Shown here piece by piece: positions 14,901 to 26,661 of a DNA stretch of 64,000 bases. The first letter of the stretch is position 1, and each line of letters opens with the position of its first letter. The stretch is from Nemertoderma westbladi (Eukaryota > Animalia > Xenacoelomorpha). A model generated the notes under the pieces. The model worked only from the letters and a program-made list of their open reading frames with translations. It did not search any database and had not been told where the DNA came from. The position numbers were made by a program, and so were the translations under genes. Where the stretch lies: NCBI GenBank assembly GCA_032718475.1, contig JAUCBJ010002638.1, positions 44,154 through 108,153 of the forward strand, in the 5' to 3' direction.

Positions 14901-17900
14901 TGGTATTTGAGTTAAAGTTATTGTTGTGCTGATATTTGAGTTAAGTTATTGTTCTACTAATATTAGAGTTAAGTTATTGTTCTACTAATATTAGAGTTAA
15001 GTTATTGTTCTACTGGTATTTGAGTTAAGTTGTTTTTCTACTTGTATTTGAGTTAAGTTATTGTTCTACTAATATTAGAGTTAAGTTATTGTTCTACTAA
15101 TATTAGAGTTAAGTTATTTTTTCTACTAGTATTTGAGTTAAGTTATTGTTCTACTAGTGTTTGAGTTAAGTTATTGTTCTACTAGTGTTTGATTTAAGTT
15201 ATTGTTGTGCTGATATTTGAGTTCTGTTATTGTTCTACTAATATTAGAGTTAAGTTATTGGTCTACTAATATTAGAGTTAAGTTATTGTTCTACTGGTAT
15301 TTGAGTTAAGTTGTTTTTATACTTGTATTTGAGTTAAGTTATTGCTCTACTAGTGTTTGAGTTAAGTTATTGTTCTACTGGTATTTGAGTTAAAGTTATT
15401 GTTGTGCTGATATTTGAGTTCTGTTATTGTTCTACTAATATTAGAGTTAAGTTATTGTTCTACTAGTGTTTGAGTTAAGTTATTGTTCTACTGGTATTTG
15501 AGTTAAGTTGTTTTTCTACTTGTATTTGAGTTAAGTTATTGCTCTACTAGTGTTTGAGTTAAGTTATTGTTCTACTGGTATTTGAGTTAAAGTTATTGTT
15601 GTGCTGATATTTGAGTTAAGTTATTGTTCTACTAATATTAGAGTTAAGTTATTGTTCTACTAATATTAGAGTTAAGTTATTTTTTCTACTAGTATTTGAG
15701 TTAAGTTATTGTTCTACTAATATTAGAGTTAAGTTATTGTTCTACTAATATTAGAGTTAAGTTATTTTTTCTACTAGTATTTGAGTTAAGTTATTGTTCT
15801 ACTAATATTAGAGTTAAGTTATTGTTCTACTAATAATTGAGTTAAGTTATTGTTCTACTAGTATTTGAGTTAAGTTATTGTTCTACTAATATTAGAGTTA
15901 AGTTATTTTTTCTACTTGTATTTGAGTTAAGTTATTGCTCTACTGGTATTTGAGTTAAGTTGTTTTTCTACTTGTATTTGAGTTAAGTTATTGCTCTACT
16001 AGTGTTTGAGTTAAGTTGTTTTTCTACTTGTATTTGAGTTAAGTTATTGCTCTACTAGTGTTTGAGTTAAGTTATTGTTCTACTGGTATTTGAGTTAAAG
16101 TTATTGTTGTGCTGATATTTGAGTTAAGTTATTGTTCTACTAATATTAGAGTTAAGTTATTGTTCTACTAATATTAGAGTTAAGTTATTTTTTCTACTAG
16201 TATTTGAGTTAAGTTATTGTTCTACTAATATTAGAGTTAAGTTATTGTTCTACTAATAATTGAGTTAAGTTATTGTTCTACTAGTATTTGAGTTAAGTTA
16301 TTGTTCTACTAATATTAGAGTTAAGTTATTGTTCTACTAATATTAGAGTTAAGTTATTTTTCTACTAGTATTTGAGTTATGTTATTGTTCTACTTGTATT
16401 TGAGTTAAGTTATTGTTCTACTAGTGTTTGAGTTAAGTTATTGTTCTACTAATATTAGAGTTAAGTTATTGTTCTACTAGTATTTGAGTTAAGTTATTGT
16501 TCTACTAATATTAGAGTTAAGTTATTGTTCTACTAATATTAGAGTTAAGTTATTGTTCTACTAATATTAGAGTTAAGTTATTGTTCTACTAATATTAGAG
16601 TTAAGTTATTTTTCTACTAGTATTTGAGTTATGTTATTGTTCTGCTAGTGTTTGAGTTAAGTTATTGTTCTACTAGTGTTTGATTTAAGTTATTGTTGTG
16701 CTGATATTTGAGTTCTGTTATTGTTCTACTAATATTAGAGTTAAGTTATTGGTCTACTAATATTAGAGTTAAGTTATTTTTTCTACTAGTATTTGAGTTA
16801 AGTTATTGCTCTACTAATATTAGAGTTAAGTTATTGTTCTACTAATATTAGAGTTAAGTTATTTTTTCTACTAGTATTTGAGTTAAGTTATTGTTCTACT
16901 AATATTAGAGTTAAGTTATTGTTCTACTAATATTAGAGTTAAGTTATTTTTTCTACTTGTATTTGAGTTAAGTTATTGTTCTACTGGTATTTGAGTTAAA
17001 GTTATTGTTGTGCTGATATTTGAGTTCTGTTATTGTTCTACTAATGAGTTAAGTTATTTTTTCTACTAGTATTTGAGTTAAGTTATTGTTCTACTGGTAT
17101 TTGAGTTAAAGTTATTGTTCTACTAATATTAGAGTTAAGTTATTTTTTCTACTAGTATTTGAGTTAAGTTATTGTTCTACTAATATTAGAGTTAAGTTAT
17201 TGTTCTACTAATATTAGAGTTAAGTTATTTTTTCTACTTGTATTTGAGTTAAGTTATTGTTCTACTGGTATTTGAGTTAAAGTTATTGTTGTGCTGATAT
17301 TTGAGTTCTGTTATTGTTCTACTAATATTAGAGTTAAGTTATTTTTTCTACTAGTATTTGAGTTAAGTTATTTTTCTACTAGTATTTGAGTTAAAGTTAT
17401 TGTTGTGCTGATATTTGAGTTCTGTTATTGTTCTACTAATATTAGAGTTAAGTTATTGGTCTACTAATATTAGAGTTAAGTTATTGTTCTACTGGTATTT
17501 GAGTTAAGTTGTTTTTCTACTTGTATTTGAGTTAAGTTATTGTTCTACTAATATTAGAGTTAAGTTATTGTTCTACTAATATTAGAGTTAAGTTATTGTT
17601 CTACTAATATTAGAGTTAAGTTATTTTTTCTACTAGTATTTGAGTTAAGTTATTGTTCTGCTAGTGTTTGAGTTAAGTTATTGTTCTACTAGTGTTTGAT
17701 TTAAGTTATTGTTGTGCTGATATTTGAGTTCTGTTATTGTTCTACTAATATTAGAGTTAAGTTATTGGTCTACTAATATTAGAGTTAAGTTATTGTTCTA
17801 CTGGTATTTGAGTTAAGTTGTTTTTATACTTGTATTTGAGTTAAGTTATTGCTCTACTAGTGTTTGAGTTAAGTTATTGTTCTACTGGTATTTGAGTTAA

Positions 17901-19833
17901 AGTTATTGTTGTGCTGATATTTGAGTTCTGTTATTGTTCTACTAATATTAGAGTTAAGTTATTGTTCTACTAGTGTTTGAGTTAAGTTATTGTTCTACTG
18001 GTATTTGAGTTAAGTTGTTTTTCTACTTGTATTTGAGTTAAGTTATTGCTCTACTAGTGTTTGAGTTAAGTTATTGTTCTACTGGTATTTGAGTTAAAGT
18101 TATTGTTGTGCTGATATTTGAGTTAAGTTATTGTTCTACTAATATTAGAGTTAAGTTATTGTTCTACTAATATTAGAGTTAAGTTATTGTTCTACTGGTA
18201 TTTGAGTTAAGTTGTTTTTCTACTTGTATTTGAGTTAAGTTATTGTTCTACTAATATTAGAGTTAAGTTATTGTTCTACTAATATTAGAGTTAAGTTATT
18301 TTTTCTACTAGTATTTGAGTTAAGTTATTGTTCTACTAGTGTTTGAGTTAAGTTATTGTTCTACTAGTGTTTGATTTAAGTTATTGTTGTGCTGATATTT
18401 GAGTTCTGTTATTGTTCTACTAATATTAGAGTTAAGTTATTGGTCTACTAATATTAGAGTTAAGTTATTGTTCTACTGGTATTTGAGTTAAGTTGTTTTT
18501 ATACTTGTATTTGAGTTAAGTTATTGCTCTACTAGTGTTTGAGTTAAGTTATTGTTCTACTGGTATTTGAGTTAAAGTTATTGTTGTGCTGATATTTGAG
18601 TTCTGTTATTGTTCTACTAATATTAGAGTTAAGTTATTGTTCTACTAGTGTTTGAGTTAAGTTATTGTTCTACTGGTATTTGAGTTAAGTTGTTTTTCTA
18701 CTTGTATTTGAGTTAAGTTATTGCTCTACTAGTGTTTGAGTTAAGTTATTGTTCTACTGGTATTTGAGTTAAAGTTATTGTTGTGCTGATATTTGAGTTA
18801 AGTTATTGTTCTACTAATATTAGAGTTAAGTTATTGTTCTACTAATATTAGAGTTAAGTTATTTTTTCTACTAGTATTTGAGTTAAGTTATTGTTCTACT
18901 AATATTAGAGTTAAGTTATTGTTCTACTAATATTAGAGTTAAGTTATTTTTTCTACTAGTATTTGAGTTAAGTTATTGTTCTACTAATATTAGAGTTAAG
19001 TTATTGTTCTACTAATAATTGAGTTAAGTTATTGTTCTACTAGTATTTGAGTTAAGTTATTGTTCTACTAATATTAGAGTTAAGTTATTTTTTCTACTTG
19101 TATTTGAGTTAAGTTATTGCTCTACTGGTATTTGAGTTAAGTTGTTTTTCTACTTGTATTTGAGTTAAGTTATTGCTCTACTAGTGTTTGAGTTAAGTTG
19201 TTTTTCTACTTGTATTTGAGTTAAGTTATTGCTCTACTAGTGTTTGAGTTAAGTTATTGTTCTACTGGTATTTGAGTTAAAGTTATTGTTGTGCTGATAT
19301 TTGAGTTAAGTTATTGTTCTACTAATATTAGAGTTAAGTTATTGTTCTACTAATATTAGAGTTAAGTTATTTTTTCTACTAGTATTTGAGTTAAGTTATT
19401 GTTCTACTAATATTAGAGTTAAGTTATTGTTCTACTAATAATTGAGTTAAGTTATTGTTCTACTAGTATTTGAGTTAAGTTATTGTTCTACTAATATTAG
19501 AGTTAAGTTATTGTTCTACTAATATTAGAGTTAAGTTATTTTTCTACTAGTATTTGAGTTATGTTATTGTTCTACTTGTATTTGAGTTAAGTTATTGTTC
19601 TACTAGTGTTTGAGTTAAGTTATTGTTCTACTAATATTAGAGTTAAGTTATTGTTCTACTAGTATTTGAGTTAAGTTATTGTTCTACTAATATTAGAGTT
19701 AAGTTATTGTTCTACTAATATTAGAGTTAAGTTATTGTTCTACTAATATTAGAGTTAAGTTATTGTTCTACTAATATTAGAGTTAAGTTATTTTTCTACT
19801 AGTATTTGAGTTATGTTATTGTTCTACTTGTAT
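5912..19833. repeat. 28/29-bp satellite array, block 1 (consensus gagttaagttattgttctactaatatta), inside POLD1 intron 1
   Basis: Directly visible tandem repeat of roughly 490 units, with a few recurring variants (ttttttctactagtattt, ctggtattt, gttgtgctgatattt) arranged in higher-order periods. Confidence 0.99.
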
Positions 19834-22545
19834 ATGGCACCGGCGACTTACCAAATGCAGGTTCGCGTATTCGGTGCCAGAGATAGCCCAAATTGTACCA
19901 TTACGCCCTGAAACAAACCGCTAGGGACCAGAAACACAAATATGACCCAGAGATAGTCCAAATTGTAGAAAGGGACTTTTATGTTGACGATGGATTACAA
20001 AGTTGTGACACAGTAGAACGTGCTATAACAGTAGCACATCAATTACGGGACTGTTTAGCAGTTGGAGGTTTTAACCTTACAAAGTTCGCTTCAAACAGCA
20101 CCGAATTGGTGAATTCGTTCGAAACGACTGAGCGTGGGGGTGGTGACATTGATTTAGAATTTGAACCACTACCGACGACCAAGGTGTTGGGACTATTTTG
20201 GGACCCAAACACAGACAACTTTAGAGTGAAAGTAAAACTGGATGTTCAAGGAGGTTCTCTGACCAAGAGGTCCTGTTTGTCAAAGTTGAGTCGTTTGTTT
20301 GATCCATTCGGTTTCATCAGCCCAATAATACTGCAAGCAAGAATATATATGCGCAGTATCTGGAAAGATGGACTGACATGGGACGAACCGATCTCATCTG
20401 AACAAGTGGACTTATGGAAAACTTGGGAGGCGCAATTGTCTTCATTAGAGGATTATTCCATACCCCGGGTATATTTTCCATTACAAGTGACATTTCCTGA
20501 TGATTTAGAATTACATTGTTTTTCCGACGCCAGTGACAATGGCTTTGGAGTAGCAGCGTATCTGCGCAGACAGACTCAGACGAGTTTGACGTATCGCTCA
20601 TTACTTCTAAGGCTAAAACCATGCCTACAAAGTATATGACGACACCACGAGCTGAGCTACAAGCAGCAACCTTGTCGACTACTATTGTAAACCTCATACA
20701 AACCGAATTACAATCAAGTTTACAGATATTTTATTGGACTGATGCGACGTTGGTTTTGTTTTATATAAACAACGACACACTTGAATTTAAGACATTTGTA
20801 GCTAACCATCGTGCGGAAATTTTAGACCGTTCAATAAAGGAAGATTGGCGACATTGTCCCGGACCACAAAATCCAGCTGATATTGCGTCACGAGGAATGA
20901 TGCCCGAGGAGTTCTGTGAACCGGAAAACAAGAAATTTTGGCAACATGGACCACAATTCTTACAACGATCATCACAACATTGGCCGCCATTATACGACAA
21001 TAAGTCTAACACTATCCCTAAGGACGCTGAAATTAAAAAACCAAAGAAAGGGAAGTCAAAAAAAAAGGCGACGGCGAAACTTAAGAAGAAACCAAAGGTA
21101 AAAAGGAAAAATATAACTTATAAAGTTAAAAACGGAAGACTTGCGAGCCTTTCTTCACCAGACACGTTACTAGACGGTCAACCAGACAGGTTACCAGACG
21201 GTCAACTAGACAGGTTACCAGACGATCAACCAGACACGTTAATTGACGGTCAACCAGACATTTCGCCAGATATGTCACCAGACATTGATAACATATCGAT
21301 ACATAGTAAAGCCGCAGTTTCTCTGCCTTCTGTTGACAAACTATGTAACAGATTACAAAATTTGACACTCTTGAGTCACCATAAGTACAGTGAAACCTCA
21401 TGTATTACAGATGTGGGTAGTACCTATACAGATGTAAATACAGGCGTCACTTTGCGCTCAAGAGACATACCATTAAGTTTACCGAAACCCAGTGATCCCA
21501 TAGAATTTAAACCACCATTAAGAATCGACTCACAAAGTACCGACAATCAAGGTAAGAAGGCGAAGAAGGACAAAATACTCGTAGACCCGGACGGATCAAC
21601 AGTCAATAAGGGAATAGCTACCGGCGGACCCGTGGGCCCATCTAGTAAAACTAGACCTTCCAGATTCACCACTGACTTACCTGATGACGTCATAAATACT
21701 TATGTCGACCGTATTGTAAACCTAACAGATTCTTGGACAAAAGCGTGCCGAAAATTAGCGTGGATTGTACGTTTTGTACAATACGTTAACGGCAAACGCG
21801 ACTTTACATGTCGACTTACATTGACTGAGATTGACAAATGTGAAATTAAATTAATTCGCCATTACCAATTGCGATATTTCGCACGCGAATTCACATCTAT
21901 AAGTAAAGGTCAACCAATCAAGTCGTCACCAATACTGAGTTGGAGCCCGATAATATATAATGGCTTAATTTGTCATAAATCTCGGCTTCAAAATATTGAC
22001 TTTAATACTGATTTTAGGTACCCAATAATAATACCGCAACATCATGAATTACAGCGTGCAATGATACTGGACGCATACTTACAACTAAAACACGCTGGAA
22101 GACACCATTGTCTTTCCTATTTACGTACAAGGTTTGTATTAATTAGACCCAGTAAAGCGCTAAGTTCAGTGACGCGTATGTGTATTATTTGTAAAAAGGT
22201 ACATTCTAGAATAAGTACCCAAGAAATGAGTGAACTTCCACAAGCGCGACTACAAGCATTCAGACCACCTTTCACCGAGACTGGAATTGACTGCTTTGGT
22301 CCGATAAATACGAAACGTGGACGTATACTAGTAAAACGTTGGGGACTGATATTCCCATGCATGTCCAGTAGGGCAGTTCATATTGAACGTGTGATAGATC
22401 TTTCCACTAACGCCTTTATACTAGCATTACGCCGATTTATCGCCAGACGCGGACTAGTAAAATGCTTGTACTCAGACCAAGGTACAAACTTTGTTGGTGC
22501 TCGAAATGAAATTGCAAGGGCCTTTAAGAAATTAGATCATGATCA
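19834..22545 (+). mobile_element. Internal BEL/Pao LTR-retrotransposon pol fragment, copy 1 (partial RT, RNase H, partial integrase), frameshifted
   Basis: Motifs YQMQVRVFGARDSP, FYVDD, KVLGLFWD, LFDPFG, LHCFSDAS, PRAELQAA, WTDA, NPADIASRG, WQHGPQFL, CIIC, TGIDCFGP, YSDQGTNFVGA. Frameshift near 20570. No LTR, gag or protease. Confidence 0.95.
21157..21290 (+). repeat. 12/24-bp coding repeat (PDRLPDGQ-like) within the BEL fragment; also in copy 2 at about 25220-25350
   Basis: ccagacacgttactagacggtcaa-type units occur about 4-5 times. Confidence 0.85.
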
Positions 22546-23896
22546 AGTTAAGTTATTTTTCTACTAGTATTTGAGTTAAGTTATTGTTCTACTAGTGTTA
22601 GAGTTAAGTTATTGTTCTACTAGTATTTGAGTTAAGTTATTGGTCTACTAATATTTGAGTTAAGTTATTGTTCTACTGGTGTTTGAGTTAAGTTATTGTT
22701 CTACTAGTATTTGAGTTAAGTTATTGTTCTACTAATATTAGAGTTAAGTTATTGGTCTACTAATATTAGAGTTAAGTTATTGTTCTACTGGTATTTGAGT
22801 TAAGTTATTGTTCTACTAATATTTGAGTTAAGTTATTGTTCTACTGGTGTTTGAGTTAAGTTATTGTTCTACTAGTATTTGAGTTAAGTTATTGTTCTAC
22901 TAATATTAGAGTTAAGTTATTGTTCTACTAATATTAGAGTTAAGTTATTGTTCTACTAATATTAGAGTTAAGTTATTGTTCTACTAGTGTTTGAGTTAAG
23001 TTATTGTTCTACTAGTATTTGAGTTAAGTTATTGTTCTACTAATATTCTAATATTAGAGTTAAGTTATTGTTCTACTAATATTAGAGTTAAGTTATTGTT
23101 CTACTAATATTAGAGTTAAGTTATTGTTCTACTAGTATTTGAGTTAAGTTATTGTTCTACTAATATTAGAGTTAAGTTATTGTTCTACTAATATTAGAGT
23201 TAAGTTATTGTTCTACTAATATTAGAGTTAAGTTATTGTTCTACTAATATTAGAGTTAAGTTATTGTTCTACTAATATTAGAGTTAAGTTATTGTTCTAC
23301 TAGTGTTTGAGTTAAGTTATTGTTCTACTAGTATTTGAGTTAAGTTATTGTTCTACTAATATTAGAGTTAAGTTATTGGTCTACTAATATTAGAGTTAAG
23401 TTATTGTTCTACTAATATAGGAGTTAAGTTATTGTTCTACTAATATTTGAGTTAAGTTATTGGTCTACTAATATTTGAGTTAAGTTATTGTTCTACTGGT
23501 ATTTGAGTTAAAGTTATTGTTGTGCTGATATTTGAGTTCTGTTATTGTTCTACTAATATTAGAGTTAAGTTATTGGTCTACTAATATTAGAGTTAAGTTA
23601 TTGTTCTACTAGTATTTGAGTTAAGTTATTGTTCTACTAGTGTTTGAGTTAAGTTATTGTTCTACTAGTGTTTGAGTTAAGTTATTGTTCTACTAATATT
23701 TGAGTTAAGTTATTGGTCTACTAATATTTGAGTTAAGTTATTGTTCTACTGGTATTTGAGTTAAAGTTATTGTTGTGCTGATATTTGAGTTCTGTTATTG
23801 TTCTACTAATATTAGAGTTAAGTTATTGGTCTACTAATATTAGAGTTAAGTTATTTTTCTACTAGTATTTGAGTTATGTTATTGTTCTACTTGTAT
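22546..23896. repeat. 28-bp satellite array, block 2
   Basis: Same monomer as block 1, about 48 units, lying between the two BEL fragments. Confidence 0.99.
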
Positions 23897-26661
23897 ATGG
23901 CACCGGCGACTTACCAAATGCAGGTTCGCGTATTCGGTGCCAGAGATAGCCCAAATTGTACCATTACGCCCTGAAACAAACCGCTAGGGACCAGAAACAC
24001 AAATATGACCCAGAGATAGTCCAAATTGTAGAAAGGGACTTTTATGTTGACGATGGATTACAAAGTTGTGACACAGTAGAACGTGCTATAACAGTAGCAC
24101 ATCAATTACGGGACTGTTTAGCAGTTGGAGGTTTTAACCTTACAAAGTTCGCTTCAAACAGCACCGAATTGGTGAATTCGTTCGAAACGACTGAGCGTGG
24201 GGGTGGTGACATTGATTTAGAATTTGAACCACTACCGACGACCAAGGTGTTGGGACTATTTTGGGACCCAAACACAGACAACTTTAGAGTGAAAGTAAAA
24301 CTGGATGTTCAAGGAGGTTCTCTGACCAAGAGGTCCTGTTTGTCAAAGTTGAGTCGTTTGTTTGATCCATTCGGTTTCATCAGCCCAATAATACTGCAAG
24401 CAAGAATATATATGCGCAGTATCTGGAAAGATGGACTGACATGGGACGAACCGATCTCATCTGAACAAGTGGACTTATGGAAAACTTGGGAGGCGCAATT
24501 GTCTTCATTAGAGGATTATTCCATACCCCGGGTATATTTTCCATTACAAGTGACATTTCCTGATGATTTAGAATTACATTGTTTTTCCGACGCCAGTGAC
24601 AATGGCTTTGGAGTAGCAGCGTATCTGCGCAGACAGACTCAGACGAGTTTGACGTATCGCTCATTACTTCTAAGGCTAAAACCATGCCTACAAAGTATAT
24701 GACGACACCACGAGCTGAGCTACAAGCAGCAACCTTGTCGACTACTATTGTAAACCTCATACAAACCGAACTACAATCAAGTTTACAGATATTTTATTGG
24801 ACTGATGCGACGTTGGTTTTGTTTTATAGAAACAACGACACACTTGAATTTAAGACATTTGTAGCTAACCGTCGTGCGGAAATTTTAGACCGTTCAATAA
24901 AGGAAGATTGGCGACATTGTCCCGGACCACAAAATCCAGCTGATATTGCGTCACGAGGAATGATGCCCGAGGAGTTCTGTGAACCGGAAAACAAGAAATT
25001 TTGGCAACATGGACCACAATTCTTACAACGATCATCACAACATTGGCCGCCATTATACGACAATAAGTCTAACACTATCCCTAAGGACGCTGAAATTAAA
25101 AAACCAAAGAAAGGGAAGTCAAAAAAAAGGCGACGGCGAAACTTAAGAAGAAACCAAAGGCGAAAAGGAAAAATATAACTTATAAAGTTAAAAACGGAAG
25201 ACTTGCGAGCCTTTCTTCACCAGACACGTTACTAGACGGTCAACCAGACAGGTTACCAGACGGTCAACTAGACAGGTTACCAGACGATCAACCAGACACG
25301 TTACTAGACGGTCAACCAGACATTTCGCCAAATATGTCACCAGACATTGGTAACATATCGATACATAGTAAAGCCGCAGTTTCTCTATTGGAGCAGCCTT
25401 CTGTTGACAAACTATGTAACAGATTACAAAATTTGACACTCTTGAGTCACCATAAGTACAGTGAAACCTCATGTATTACAGATGTGGGTAGTACCTATAC
25501 AGATGTAAATACAGGCGTCACTTTGCGCTCAAGAGACATACCAACCTTACAACCTATGGTAAGACCTGGGATTAATATCGGCAGAAAATTAAGTTTACCG
25601 AAACCCAGTGATCCCATAGAATTTAAACCACCATTAAGGATCGACTCACAAAGTACCGACAATCAAGGTAAGAAGGCGAAGAAGGACAAAATACTCGTAG
25701 ACCCGGACGGATCAACAGTCAATAAGGGAATACCTACCGGCGGACCCGTGGGCCCATCTAGTAAAACTAGACCTTCCAGATTCACCACTGACTTACCTGA
25801 TGACGTCATAAATACTTATGTCGACCGTATTGTAAACCTAACAGATTCTTGGACAAAAGCGTGCCGAAAATTAGCGTGGATTGTACGTTTTGTACAATAC
25901 GTTAAAGGCAAACGCGACTTTACATGTCGACTTACATTGACTAAGATTGACAAATTTGAAATTAAATTAATTCGCCATTATCAATTGCGATATTTCGCAC
26001 GCGAATTCACATCTATAAGTAAAGGTCAACCAATCAAGTCGTCACCAATACTGAGTTGGAGCCCGATAATATATAATGGCTTAATTTGTCATAAATCTCG
26101 GCTTCAAAATATTGACTTTAATACTGACTTTAGGTACCCAATAATAATACCGCAACATCATGAATTACAGCGTGCAATGATACTGGACGCACACTTACAA
26201 CTAAAACACGCTGGAAGACACCATTGTCTTTCCTATTTACGTACAAGGTTTGTATTAATTAGACCCAGTAAAGCGCTAAGTTCAGTGACGCGTATGTGTA
26301 TTATTTGTAAAAAGGTACATTCTAGAATAAGCACCCAAGAAATGAGTGAACTTCCACAAGCGCGACTACAAGCATTCAGACCACCTTTCACCGAGACTGG
26401 AATTGACTGCTTTGGTCCGATAAATACGAAACGTGGACGTATACTAGTAAAACGTTGGGGACTGATATTCACATGCATGTCCAGTAGGGCAGTTCATATT
26501 GAACGTGTGATAGATCTTTCCACTAACGCCTTTATACTAGCATTACGGCGATTTATCGCCAGACGCGGACTAGTAAAATGCTTGTACTCAGACCAAGGTA
26601 CAAACTTTGTTGGTGCTCGAAATGAAATTGCAAGGGCCTTTAAGAAATTAGATCATGATCA
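23897..26661 (+). mobile_element. Internal BEL/Pao pol fragment, copy 2
   Basis: Near-identical to 19834-22545 with the same two junctions and the same first frameshift. Differs by -1 A in a poly-A run, +9 bp, +45 bp and scattered substitutions. Confidence 0.95.

Noticed and set aside
5912-19833. Satellite as an interstitial telomere, or the 64-aa ORFs at 11465 and 13214 as genes
   Set aside because: The monomer lacks a TTAGG(G)-like G-rich unit, and the ORFs are chance stop-free runs of repeat variants starting at TTG.
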